Below, in pieces: positions 13,024-25,564 of a stretch of DNA of 64,000 nt. A program made the translations under genes and the position numbers. The first letter of the stretch is position 1, and each line of letters begins with the position of its first letter. Source of the DNA: Lama glama (lineage: Eukaryota). A model generated the notes under the pieces. It ran no database searches and was not told the DNA's origin. It was given only the letters and a program-made list of their open reading frames with translations. The stretch covers positions 93,188,001 to 93,252,000 of the forward strand of contig CM052817.1 of assembly GCA_028534125.1 (NCBI GenBank), in the 5' to 3' direction.

Positions 13024-13219
13024 CTTTCCTCTTTTCTTTTCTTCCTTTCTTTCCCCCTTTCTTCCTTCCTTTTTCTTCCTTTCTCCCTTCCTTCCTTCCT
13101 TTTTCTTCCTTTCTCCCTTCCTTCCTTTTTCTTCCTTTCTTTCTCCTTTTCTTTCTTCCTTCCTTCCTTTCTTTCTTCTTCTTTTCTTATCTTTCTTTCC
13201 TTCTTTCTTTTTCTTTTTT
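13024..13219. repeat. About 195-bp polypyrimidine (TTTC/TTCC) tract with an internal 30-bp period
   Basis: Only one purine (13189); ttttcttcctttctcccttccttcctt recurs at 13071 and 13101. Confidence 0.95.
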
Positions 13220-14814
13220 GTTTTTCACTACCTCTATAAACTCCTCCTCAGAGTCTGGTAGACTGAAAGACTTGCAAAAACAGTTCTGGAAAAGTACCAT
13301 TATGATAGGTATCAGGATGGAATTGCACTACCAGTCCTGAGCCAGAGCACGAAACCCAGAAATTCTCCAGCTGCAAGTGTTCAGCTATTCAAAGACAAAA
13401 CTTCCACCAGAGTCAAACAATAAGGACATTTGTCCCAGTCCTCTCACCTTCTAAAACTCCATCCTGCTTCCACTTGGGGAGTTAACCTGATGCTTATCAT
13501 CTGAAAAAAGCCTTTAATCTTGGTCTGAGTCACACTTGTTTTTTCCTAAAGAATAGTCTGTCACTGATAAATGGAAGTCAATGAAAAAATACAAAAATGC
13601 TACCTGAAAGGAATTCGATAGCAGGACTGCTGTGAAGAATCAAAGAAATGGGTAAGATACATAAATCTTAAGAAGGCTTTGATTATTAACTAAATGATTT
13701 AATAAGGAATGTGGTTATTTCTCAAACCCAGGTGCATAAGTGGAATAAATCAGCTTCCTAATTATATGAATAAGTATACCCTAACAATCATGTTTGGCTT
13801 AATGAAAATAGTATTAAACCAGAGATTTTGTTTATATAAAGGAAACCATCAGTGAGTAGAAATCACAGTATTCTTTCACTCAGATAAACATCCCTGGGGG
13901 AGCTAACAGTAGTTAGCAGTACCTTTCAACACCTGCCAAATACTGTATTTAGAAGCAACAAACATAGCGAGAAATAAAGATTGCTTTCAAGTTATATAAA
14001 TGTTTTTCTTCAGTGTTTGCTTCATTAGAACACCACCTAGGTCTCCTCCTTATAAAATCATTTAAGGTGTTTTAAAATTACACACAATTCTTTAGAATCA
14101 TAGCACCATATTATTGGCACATTTATACCCTGTGGTCCTCATTCCAGGGCTCCCTGAAGCTCACAAGAGTTTGTAAAGAGATTAGATGCCTCTAGGGTAA
14201 ATACTGCATTAGAAAGAAATTCTTACTCCTCATAAGAAAATGTGTCTGTATACTATAGGCACTTAGATCTACTTCTAACCAGTTTAATTGACACTAGCTA
14301 GAGAAATCAAAAGGAAGATTCCATGACACACCCAGATATACATACTTAGAAATTCATTTAGAAAGCAGTTATGATAATAAGGTCGGTCTATGCGTTCTGT
14401 TGTAAATCAGCACTGATTAAGCAATTCCAAATGGCTACTTATAATTAAGGATTCCAATTTGGCTGTGTTCTAAGAGGCCCTGGAGAGTAAGTAGGAAATG
14501 AAAGAACGTTTAAATGAAATATACTTTATTAAGGTATGGATTTTTTTTTTCCATTGGTGGGTTTACACTTCATTTGTTTTAGAAAATTAAAGTTTTAACC
14601 TAATTTAGGGAAGATAGTGAACTACAATGAACTAATAAAGATAGATTTGTGATTCACCTCTAATTCTGGAAAAACATTGGAGGTATTGATTCTGTATCAA
14701 ACTACACCAGGATATCATGAATAAAGAAGTGTTTCTCTCTTTATTTTACTGTGATATTGTTGGTGTTGGTTGACATTAGGGCAACATCTAAAGCTGTAAG
14801 AGTGAGAAAACACA

Positions 14815-14975
14815 CCTTGAGGGACTATTTTGTGCCAGGTACAATTTAAGGGACATTTTTTTTTATCATCCTTAAACAGTATTAAGAAGTAGGCATTATA
14901 ACCTTGAAAACGTGATGCTCAGAAAGGCTAAATAACTCATGCCAAGGAACAAGCTTGAAAATGTTAAAATCAACA
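14815..14975 (-). mobile_element. MIR SINE
   Basis: 'tgtgccaggtac...gatgctcagaaaggctaaataactcatgccaagg' = antisense MIR core. Confidence 0.7.
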
Positions 14976-15169
14976 TCGTAAATTAAGCCTTTTTTATTTA
15001 GACACTTGTTTGACAATGAAAAGATTATGTATCTTGAAAAGTGGATTCTGGATTTCCTTTTATTTTAGCCCTCATTTATTGGTATATAGTACATAGTATA
15101 TAATTTGTATATATACATATGTATATATATATAATTGTAACTACAGTGTGTGCAATTATAATTATACCA

Positions 15170-15400
15170 TATGGTTATAGCAGTATACATATTAAAACAG
15201 TAAGTTCCCTTAAATGATCAAAATTATTTCTCATGTCAAGTCCACAACAGGCAGTCCTGATTTCAGGTAGCTCTCTTCCTTCTGATGACCCAGTCAGGCT
15301 TCTTCCTGACTACGGCTCTGTCATCTTCAGCACTTGGCTTCTGAACTTTCCCTGTTAGCTGCTTCAAGATGGCAGAAGGGGAAAGAGCAGGAAAGGCATT
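15170..15400 (-). mobile_element. ERVL LTR fragment, LTR33-like
   Basis: 'ttatttctcatgtcaagtcc...ggcagtcc...ggctctgtcatcttcagcacttggcttc...gcagaaggggaaagagc' resembles LTR33; strand tentative. Confidence 0.55.
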
Positions 15401-15549
15401 TTCTCTTGTTTGAAGTTGGTCTATCTTTTATTAACCACTTTTAAGTGTGCAATTCCACTGATTATAATCATGATGTTGTGAAATCTTCACCACTATCTCC
15501 CAATTTTTAAAAATATTTTTAAAGAGTTGAAAAAATTTAAAAAAAAAGA

Positions 15550-15632
15550 ATATGCAACAAACTATATGTTGCTCTCAAAGCCTAAAATATTTACTACCTG
15601 GTGCTTTATGATAAAACATTTGCTGATACTTG
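15550..15632 (+). mobile_element. MER58 (hAT-Charlie) terminal fragment
   Basis: 'caaagcctaaaatatttactacctggtgcttta...tttgctga' matches the MER58 terminus. Confidence 0.8.
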
Positions 15633-15744
15633 CTCTAGACTCATGGAAATGTCAAAAACAAATGCCCTTGGCTTGAGGAAAGTCTCCACTTGCCAGATTC
15701 ACCTCCCAGTTCTCTGTACCCTGGGTAGTGTGTGTGTGTATGAT

Positions 15745-17408
15745 TTAGATAAGACTATTTTTTAAGAGCAGTTGTATGTTTACAGCAAAAGTGAGAGGAC
15801 AGGACAGAGATTTCCCTTTTACCACCTCTCTTCACAAATGCATAACCTCCCCATTATCAACATCTCCCACCAGGGCAATACATTTGTTACAATTGGTGAA
15901 GTTACATCAGCACTCACAATCACCCAAAATCCGTAATGTATCCCAGGGTTCACTCTTGGTATTGCCCATCAATGGGTTTGAACAAATATATAATGACACG
16001 TACCCATCATTATAGTATCATATGGAGTATTTTCACTGTCCTAAAAATTGCCTGTGCTCTGTCTGTTTGTACCCCCCACCATCCCAACCCCTGTCAAACA
16101 ACTATCCTCTTACTGTCTCCATAGTTTTGCCTTTTCCAGAATGTTATACTGCTTGAATTACATGGTAAGCAGCTTTTTCAGATTGGCTTCCTTCACTTGG
16201 TAATATGCATTTCAGTTTCCTCCATGTCTTTTTATGGTTTGATAGCTCAGTTTTTTCATCACTGAGTAATATTCCATTGTCTGGATGTACCCTAATTTAT
16301 TTATCACTTCACTTGCTGAAGGATGCCTTAGTTGGTCCAAATTTTAGCAATTATGAATAAAGCTGCTATAAAAGACCATGTGCAGGTTTTTGTGTGGACA
16401 TGCTTTCAGCTCATTTGTATAAATACCAAGGAGCACAATTGCTAGATCATATGATAAGGGTATGTTTAGTATTGTAGAAACAGCCAAACTATCTTCCAAA
16501 GTGGTGTATTATTTTGCATTCCCACCAGCAGTGAATGATAATTCCTGTTGCTCTACACCTTTGTCAGTGTTTGGCGTTGTCAGTGTTCCAAGTTTTGGCT
16601 GTTCTAATAGGTGTATAATGGTATCTTGTTTTAATGTGCATTTCCCTGATGACATATGATGTAAGACATCATTTCATATGCTAATTTGCCATCTGTATAT
16701 CTTCTTTGGTGAGGAGTCTGTCAAAGTCATTTCAAAATCAGGTTGTTTGATTTCACTTGTTGAGTTTTAAGAGTTCTTTGTGTATTTTGGATAATAGTCC
16801 TCTATTAGATGTATCTTTTGCAAATGTTTTCTCTCTGTTTGTGACTTGTCTTCTCGTTCTTTTGACTTTGTCTTTTATAGAGCTCAAGTTTTGAGCTTTA
16901 ACCAAGTCCAGCTTATCGATTATTTGTTTCGTGGATCATGCCAGTGTATGTAGTAAGTCACCACCATACTCAAGGTTATCTAGGTTACCTTCTACATTAT
17001 ATTCTATGAGTTTTATAGTTTTGAATTTTACTTTTAGGTTTATGACTTATTTTCAGATAATTTCTGTGAAAGGTGTAAGGTCTGTATCTAGGTTCATTTT
17101 TTGGCATATGAATGTCCAGTTGTTCCCGCACCAGTTGTTGAAAAGATTAGTTTACTCCACTGCATTGTCTTTGCCCTTTTGTCAAAGATCTGCTGACTAT
17201 ACTTGTGTGTGACTATTTCTGGGCTCTATATTTTGTCCCATTGATCTGTTTGTCTGTTCTTTCTTTAGCATCACAGTGTCTTGATTGCTTGTCTTTATGG
17301 TAAGTCTTGAAGTCAGGTAGTGTTAGTCCTCCTAACGAAAGGATCTTCTCCTTTCATATTGTGTTGGTTATTCTGGGCTGTTTGTCTCTTCATATAAACT
17401 TCAGAATG
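15745..17408 (-). mobile_element. L1MC1-like LINE (3' UTR and ORF2 3' part)
   Basis: Diagnostic 'agagcagttgtatgtttacagcaaaa...ctccccattatcaacatc...catttgttacaattggtgaa' followed by continuous antisense ORF2 text. Confidence 0.9.
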
Positions 17409-17479
17409 AGACAGAATAGACAATAGATTAAGGTTCAGACTATCAGAACTAACAAATCAGTAAGGAAAAAATGTTTTTT

Positions 17480-18230
17480 TAAAAAAAGGAAAGAAAGTAC
17501 AAATAAGCCATCACAACAACAAGAAAAATACCTAATTGCCAATATAAGCACATGAAAGAATATTTAACAGTGGTAGTAACTGTGAAAACGCAAATTGAAG
17601 CACAATATTCTTCTCTTCACTAGCTTGGGAAAAGTTTTAAAATATTAATAATAGATTGGTAAAGTATTGGGAAAATTAACATTCTCAGACACTATTGGTG
17701 GTGATGAATATTGTTATTTTAAAACTTTTACTTTTATTTTTGACTTTTTTACTTTTATTGGCCAATACCTGTCAGTACTTAAAATGCATATATGACACAA
17801 CAATGTAATTTCTAAAATTTTTTCTTTATATATTTGCATCAAAGTATGCCACAGTAATTGTATGAACATTCTTTGCATTACTATATATAAAAGACAAAAC
17901 TAGAACCACCCAGATGTTCATCAATAAGAGAATGGCCAAATCTATCATTATACATCTGTTCAATAGTATCCCAAGCAACCTACGAAAAAAGGAGGTAGAT
18001 TGAATGTCTTGATGCAAAGAAATTAAAGATTTTTTATAACAAAAAGCAAGGAGCAAAACAGAAATTAATTATAGCATGCTACAAAAATTTGTATAAAATT
18101 TTAATCTCTATATATATATTTTGTAGATGAATACATGAAAAATGTTAACTGTGGTCACCTCTGGGGAGAAGAACCAGGAGTCTGAGTTGAGGGGGAGACT
18201 TTCGCTAATTGTTTTACACTGCTCTGTTTG
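17480..18230 (+). mobile_element. Old L1 (L1ME-like) 3' region
   Basis: 'aagcacatgaaagaatattta...attctcagacactattggtgg...aaactagaaccacccagatgttcatcaataagagaatgg...aactgtggtcacctctgggga'. Confidence 0.75.
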
Positions 18231-19889
18231 GTTTTCTTTCATATATGTGTGTGCGTATATATATATGTTTTATTTTAAATAATTTAAACACTTATTTTAA
18301 ATAATTGTTTTAAAATTTAATTTCTAAATTAATAATTTAATACTTAATTTAAAAATAATGTTTAAAATACATTTATTTATTTAAAATAATTTATTTAAAA
18401 CAATTAAAACCTGAATAAGATAGTGATTGTGGATTTTTCTTTCACACCGTCTTCCTGACCTTTCTCCCCTTCCCTCACTTTCTGAAGTGCCCCCTTACTT
18501 TCTCTCTAACAGCGTACCCCATCAGCAGCTCCCGGAAACAAAGCCAGGCTCCCTTCTAAACAGTCCGTGGAGATCAATTGGAGCAGGTGCCCCTCTGTGC
18601 TTCCAGGTCTCTGTGTTCCTTGGGGACAGAAATACAAGAGCTCAGAGTCTCTAATGGTTCTGGAACTTCTGCCTTTTGCTGCCAGCCTGTGCTCATTACA
18701 TTTACAGAAATCTCAGGTTAGCAAATGCTTAATGTTTTCCCCCAGGAGACAAGAGCAAAAGTTTTCAATTGTTCAGCCAGTGGAAAGTACACGATCTGCT
18801 TATTCAAAAATTGTATATTCTCTCCAATGACTAGGTTTTCACTCTGCTCTCTATTAATTCTTTTAGGCTCCTAATTTGAGTTTTATCCCCCTTTTTTTTA
18901 AGGTTGTAGTTTTACTTTCTTTAATCAAGAAAATTATACAAATATTCCTAAGCTGAAACAGGTAATTAATTTTGTGATTTATAAAAAAATTACTTAGATA
19001 TTGTGTCCTTTTAGATTTTTTGCTTTGTTTTGTTTTTAATGTGAGGACTTTTCCCTCTAAAATCTACTTTTGCAAAGTTAAGGTTTCTCTCTGGTCTGTC
19101 TGAGTGAAATCACACAGTGACTATAATTTGAGTTAGCTCTGGTAAGCAAGGAAAAGATTACCCTGATCAGAAGTCTGGCGCAGTCCTACAGGCCTCCCCC
19201 CCCAGATAACTCCCTTTTCAGCCTTAGGCCTCTGGGCATGGTATTCTGATCGCACTGTTACCAGTGAAACAGTGGAGCACTGGACTCCAGTGACAAAAAC
19301 AGTTTCCCAAATGATTTCCAAACTCAATCCATCCTTCAGTAATTACATTTGTAGATAATGGAAAAGAAACCATTAACTCAGAGTGCTTTTAAATCATAAT
19401 TAATTGCACATGCAAATGCACTGCTAAATTTGGATGCTCAATTAGACAGCTAATTACATTGAAAATGAAAAGTGTGCCCTTAAATTCATGACCATGGGCC
19501 CTGCCCCACCTGTATGCATCCTCTCACTTAAGCAGGCAGGTCTCCTTCCTTGACAAATGGTAAGTATTGAGGGGGAAGCAGACCCGGAGAAGCACCACCT
19601 GCAGAAAATGGGAGACATAGCCAATCATAACTGTCACACAATTTACATCTATAATACAGATGTCTATTTTAAACCAGATCCTCTGAAGATGAAGCACCCT
19701 GGGGATTCAGGAGTTTTAGGGCTCTCTAAAAACATTTCACTCCTTAAGGAAATGCTGTGCTTAGACAATAATTCATTCTTTGAAAACACAGGAGACACTT
19801 TCTAATGGGGCTTTAACACCTATAACATTTAGTATCCTGAAGCTCGGAGATAAGGAGCTAGTGGTTAAATTGGAACATTTAAATTATTA

Positions 19890-20095
19890 TAACCAACATT
19901 ATTACTAACAGACATGCTGTCGTATTTGTATAGCAATGACATTGTAATATTTTATATATATTTGCTCATCCTATCATAACTCCATGAGGTAAGGAGGAAA
20001 TCTACAATTATCCATATGTTATGAACAGGAAATTATGATGCAAAGAAGTGAAGTGATTTTCCCCAGAAAGTCAATAGCAGGAAAGAAACGGCCCT
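19890..20095 (-). mobile_element. MIR SINE
   Basis: 'cataactccatgaggtaagg...aggaaattatgatgcaaagaagtgaagtgattttccc'. Confidence 0.65.
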
Positions 20096-20259
20096 ATTTT
20101 AAAACAGCCTGGTGGTCTTTCATGAAAACAGCAGCGAGTGCTAAAATTATACTTAGTAAAATAAATGAGCCTAAAATCCCTAGCACTCAAAAGATAAATG
20201 TGAAAATTCTGAGATGACTTGGTAAATTAGATCAGAGGCAATCTTAAGAGCAGAAGCAG

Positions 20260-20771
20260 TGTGTTAGGCACAATAATGGCCCCCCAAAGGTGCCCTTGTG
20301 CAACCCCTGAACCTGTGACTATGTCAGGTTACGTCGAAAAGGGGAATTAATGTTGCTAATCAGCTGATCTTAAAACAGGACCTTAAAATCGGTCCTGGAT
20401 TACATGGGTAGGCCCGAAGTAATCACAACAGTCCTTCAAAATGGAAGAGGGAGATGCTGGATGAGAATCAGAGGGGGACATGCCTACAGGGGAAAGGCAC
20501 AGGCGGAGGCAACGCTGCTGGCTTTGCAGATGGAGAAGGAAGCAGTGAGCCAAGGACTGTGGGTGACCTCTAGCAGCAAGAAGAGGCAAGGGCATCAGTT
20601 CTCCCCTCAAGCCACCAGAAAGGAGCAGAGCCCTGCTGACTCCTTGATGTTAGCCCTGTGACGTCTGTGTCAGACTTCCAACCTCCAGAATTTGTCAGAT
20701 ACAAATTTGTGTTGCTTTAAGCCAGTTAGCTTGTGGTAATTAGCTACGGCAGCAAATAAAACACTTATACA
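20260..20771 (+). mobile_element. ERVL-MaLR solo LTR, MLT1D-like
   Basis: Starts 'tgtgttaggcacaataatggcccccc', ends 'tgttgctttaagccag...ttgtggtaattagctacggcagcaaataaaacacttataca'. Confidence 0.92.
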
Positions 20772-21999
20772 AATTGTGTCTAAAATGTGCACAGCTGAAC
20801 TGCAAACGCATGCTTGTAGAATAAATGAAAGATGTCTCTTAAGTGTTGGGACTATATTGGGGTGACATAACTGCACGTGGCATTTGCCTCTCAAACCATC
20901 TCACTCCATTAGTTCTCGGAAACCACTCCTGACCTCTCTCGGAGACTTTATTCTCATTTATTGAAATCGCAGGTTAGAGGAGATTCACAAGCCCTTGTTT
21001 TGCAAAGGCAATTGTTTCTGTTTTTCCATTTTATACAAACAAGGCTTGTCAGGCTCTGTCAGTGGAGGTTCCCCTGCACTCTGAAATAAACTACTTGGAC
21101 GGCTGACTCTCTAACTCTCTTTTAAACGTCAGATTTAGTTTTTTGAATTGATTTCTCGTTTGTTCTTGAGAGATGCTAAGCATAACATAACACAAATGTT
21201 GTAGAGGATATGATAAGTGAGGTAAAAGAGGCCTGATTTGGTGGTTGTTAGATTAAACTGCACCTTGAAATTAACACTTGAGTCCCAGGATGCATTGTTA
21301 GAGTAAAACTTGGACAACAATAGAATTTCATTGATTCTAAGACATGTTTTCATATCTCAACATATTAGAAATCAACATTTATCATAGAATCAATGGTATC
21401 TTACCCTCATTCCCAGCCAGGTGGGTGTGCACAACCTGGACATAACTGTTCTCAGTTGTCATCCCTTCCACTAACTTACTGCTATGTACCTTGTATTCTA
21501 CTGCCATTGAATTCTAACTGATACTGAATGAAAAGTTGGTATGTAAGCAAAAAGACCTGGAAACAGTACAGCAAGGCATAACTTTGCTCTTACTGACAAA
21601 TATTTATTGCTGGTGGAATAACTAAAATTATACATTTTTCTGGCAGAGCAACAATCAAGGATCTAAGAAATAAAATGCTGACAAGGAATGAAGCTATATT
21701 ATGTTTTCCTAATGAGATATGTGTGAAAAGATTGTCTGTTAGATTCTAAGCAATGTAGTTGAAGATAGGAGAAATTGACCAGTCCCTCAGAAGAGATGAA
21801 AGAAATTTCAGGGCAATGAGAGACTAGTGTGACTAATTCATAAATTGTGCAGGGCATTCATTAAAGTATTGTTTCATGGTTTTATCAGCAGCATTCCTTC
21901 TTTCTTAGTAGCACAATCATTGATATTTCAGATCAGAAAAATAACAAGGAAAGAAATGGAGGAACAAGATGGGTGATTTAGTTGCATGATACAGAAGCA

Positions 22000-22190
22000 A
22001 TTTAGAATAATAGAATATAAATACATTTGACATCATTATAGCTTAGATTCTACTCCTCAGCCTTATTGGGTAATAACTAGAGCAAGGTAACTTTGTCTGA
22101 ACCTCTATTCCTATCTATAAAGTGAGATAGTAACATTTACTGAGAACTGTGGTGCAAATTAAAAAGTAAACATTTGCTAAAAAATATATT
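22000..22190 (+). mobile_element. MIR SINE
   Basis: 'agcaaggtaactttgtctgaacctctattcctatctataaagtgagatagtaac'. Confidence 0.65.
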
Positions 22191-22881
22191 GGATGTAATA
22201 TGCTGTGCTATGCATTCGGTGGGAAGAAACCATAATGAATGCTTTAAATATTATTCTTAGAAACTGGAAAAACCTATGCAGATTTTTGAGCCTGACATGG
22301 GCGTGATTAAAGCTGACCCTGATTGGAGCAATGGATGGAAAGGTTGGAAATGGAAGAAAGAGAGTGAGCCAAACTATTAGGTCCGTGTGCTCCTCAGTGA
22401 GGCTGTGTCAGCGAGGAAGGAGGCAGGAGTAGGTGGTGGGGAGGCAAACAGCAAGGGCGGCTAGTTTCTCTGTGACATCATTAGGTTGGACTTTTAGCAG
22501 CCCTGGTTTGGGAAACCTCAAACAGAATTCAGAAGCTCCAAGCTTAATCAGTTCTACATGTCCTATTTAAGCTATGGAACATATTTCAGGAAAAACACAT
22601 TAGTCTCCAAGTAAAGTAAAGGGGAACCCTCTCCCTCTCTTTGTGCCTTCAGCCAAAACTATTCATCTAAATTCAGTCTTTTCATCTGATTTTGTTTTAC
22701 TTCCAATCTGTCTTGTTACCTTTGAACCTGGTTGCTTTTGCTGTCCATTTTTATCCTCATCTTCCTATTTCCTTTCTGTGAACTTCACATTCAAGAATTT
22801 TCATATATCTCTATATCTATATCTATATCATCTATCCACCACATACCTTTTTAAATAAATTACTTTTCACCTCTCTCATTT

Positions 22882-23402
22882 TTCTACCGAGTCAAAGTTT
22901 GTACTGCTCACTGCATGAAGGCCAATAAATTGAGAGATAAGATTTGGGGGCAAGGAAGAGCAACTTTATTTGGAAAGCTAGCAGACCAAGAAGATAATGG
23001 ACTAGTGTCCCAAAGAACCATCTTACTTGAGTTAGAATTCAGGCTTCTTTTCTACTTAAAGAAGAGGGGTGTGGCTGGTTGCTGCAAACTTCTTGGTCCC
23101 AGAATCTCTTGTTTCCTGTGGCTGTCCATGTAGATCTGGTCACAATGTTCCTATAAACCTCAAACAAGAAAATTGTTATTTTCTGTTCTGCAACTGTTGG
23201 TCTCTATATAAATGGAAACATGTTAAATATACACTTTAAAGGTCAGAGCCTTGAGAATGGGCTCTCATGTGTATTTTAGGCTATAGGCAACATTATTTTA
23301 CAAAATGCAGACTCAGAGTGACTCAGCACAGGCAACAGAGCACAAGGGTTAGAGCTAAAGGAATAGATCCAATATGGAGTCGGTTTGTTTTTCTCTGTTA
23401 CA
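22882..23402 (-). mobile_element. ERV1 solo LTR (MER4-group, LTR39-like); same family as 35896-36415
   Basis: TSD ATTT (22878-22881 / 23403-23406); reverse complement aligns end to end with 35896-36415; antisense AATAAA. Confidence 0.9.
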
Positions 23403-23695
23403 ATTTCCAGACCCCTCTTTATTGGTCTGTTCACAAATCCACGTGCCTGATGTCTGGGAGATTCTCATTGCATATGAGTAAATGAGAATTTTCATTTAAA
23501 CCAAACTATAGAGGGACATGGCCTTAGATCTTGAAACAATCAACTTTATATTTGAAGGTTTATTTCTTCTGTCTCCATTGATTTCTTCTGACTTCTCCTG
23601 CCCTTAGGTGGGTATCTGTGGAGGATTATGATGGTGAGGAAACTGGTTTGTAGCCAGAGGTCCTACAGTGCCCAACATAAAACTTATTTATAAAG

Positions 23696-23734
23696 GGAGT
23701 CACTGTCCACCTTCAGGAGTCACTGTCCACCTTC
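23696..23734 (+). repeat. Tandem duplication, 20-bp unit x2
   Basis: ggagtcactgtccaccttc occurs at 23696 and 23716. Confidence 0.95.
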
Positions 23735-24709
23735 TGGATTTCTGCTCTACAAGCATAGCCTTTGTATCATGCCTTTTGGCTTTTGCCACAAAAATCCCTT
23801 TTACGAGCTACACAAAGAATACAAGGTTTTTCCCATAACCCAGCCTTATATATGGGTGTAGAAAGAGCTGAAGCAGAGTGATTGGTGCATCTCTAATCCA
23901 GGATGAAACCTGCCAAGAAGCCTCATAGCTCACAGGTCTGGCGGGTGGACAGGCTGCCTTCCTGCAGGAAGAATTCAGTGTCCACAATGTATGTGCCTGT
24001 CAGAGGTCCACCTTTCACCACCTGTTCCAGCGGTGTCTCCTTGTTTGGGCAGAAGGGGATCCATTCCAGTGTTTTGGTTCTGAAAAATTTAAAACAATTA
24101 CAGTGATTTTCACAGATGAGCCATCACAATATCAGGGTCTTCCCATGGCTTAAAGTGAAACACGTTATCATCGGTTGGAAAGGTGTGGCCACTTTGAGCT
24201 TCTAGAGCTCCCTTGAGTGTCCACCTTTAAGAACTCAGCTCATCTTCCCAGACCACATGCTTCATCTGGCACTATCCCCTTAGCTATGGGGTCACTGTTT
24301 CAGATGTGGGCATGCTTTCCTTTCTGTGATAATACACCCTCTCTGCTACACTAAAAGTTATTAGTGGAACAATCCTTAAAATTCCCAGTGATTTAATGCT
24401 TGATTTGAGGTACAGCACGAAGTGTATTATTTGTATTATTTATACGCAACTAATAAGTAGAAAGTGGAAAAAAAGAAATATATAAATCAATAAAATGTTT
24501 CTGACATCTTTGAAAAAAAAAAAGAATTCTGACTAAGAAGACACAGTTAAATGGGGTCATTAGGGGGTCACTGGTGACTTCCAGGGAGCAGCTTCCGAAC
24601 AAAGCGGAGACAGAGGTTGCAATTTCAATGGAAAGGGAAATGAGTCAGAGGTTCTGCACCGGACATTTACGCTTTAGAAAAATGTGATAGTTAAACGAAA
24701 GAAAGGAAT

Positions 24710-25560
24710 GAAAAATGGGGCAATTATATGAATAAATTGATCCTAAAAAGAGAGAAACGGAAATGCAAAAAGCTCTTAAACATATGAAAAAAAGCTTAGC
24801 ATAAAAAAGTAACTGAAGTTAGAATTATGCTGCAATATCATTTTTTAACCATCACATTGGCAATGGTGAGAGGAAAAAGGCGCTCTCCCATCACTGGTGG
24901 TACAGAATAAATTATTATACTCTGAATGGAGGGTAGCTTGGCAATACGTATGAATATATAAAATGAATGTTCCATTTGACCTAGAAATTTCTACTCTCAG
25001 AAATTATTATAAGCAGAAGATATTCTTGCTTAAATGCAGAATGACTCTATTTGAAGATATTCATTATAGAATTATGTGTAACCTCAAAATATTAGAAATG
25101 ACCTAATGTCTTTTATAGGGAACTAGATAAATAATAATAGAAAAATGTTGAGTATTTAATATGTACCAGACACCATGTTAACTGTTTTATTTGTATGGAG
25201 TATTTTCTTTCCTCTCAATAAATCAGGGAGCTCAGATGACTATTACCCTCCTTTTACAGACAAGAAAACAGGCACTGAGAGGTAAGTGACTTGTCCAGGA
25301 AACAGCAGCTAGTAAATGGTAGACCTGGGATTTGAACTCAGAGCTTAGTCTCATAACCACTGTTATAGCTATATCTTGTTCTATAAAAGAATGAGGTAGT
25401 TTATTGTTGGGCTTTAAAAAAATGAGGTAAACCTATATATGCCAATATGAAATAATCTCCAAGGCATAGTTTTAAGTGAAAAGAGTATGGTGCAAAACAC
25501 TGGGTTTAAAACACTATAATTTGTGTGAAAAAATATATTTATGCATGTCTGTGCATAGAC
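24710..25560 (+). mobile_element. Old L1 (L1ME-like) 3' region, containing a MIR
   Basis: 'gctcttaaacatatgaaaa...ccatttgacctagaaatttctactc...atatgaaataatctccaaggcatagttttaagtgaaaaga'. Confidence 0.75.
25132..25365 (-). mobile_element. MIR SINE
   Basis: 'ttttacagacaagaaaacaggcactgagaggtaagtgacttgtccagg...cagctagtaaatggtagacctgggatttgaactcag'. Confidence 0.9.
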
Positions 25561-25564
25561 TCCC

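Noticed and set aside
12965..13261. Hydrophobic 98-aa ORF resembling a membrane peptide
   Set aside because: Translation of the polypyrimidine simple repeat
18270..18410. Extremely AT-rich segment as origin or matrix-attachment element
   Set aside because: Sits at the tail of an old L1 and is adequately explained as low-complexity decay
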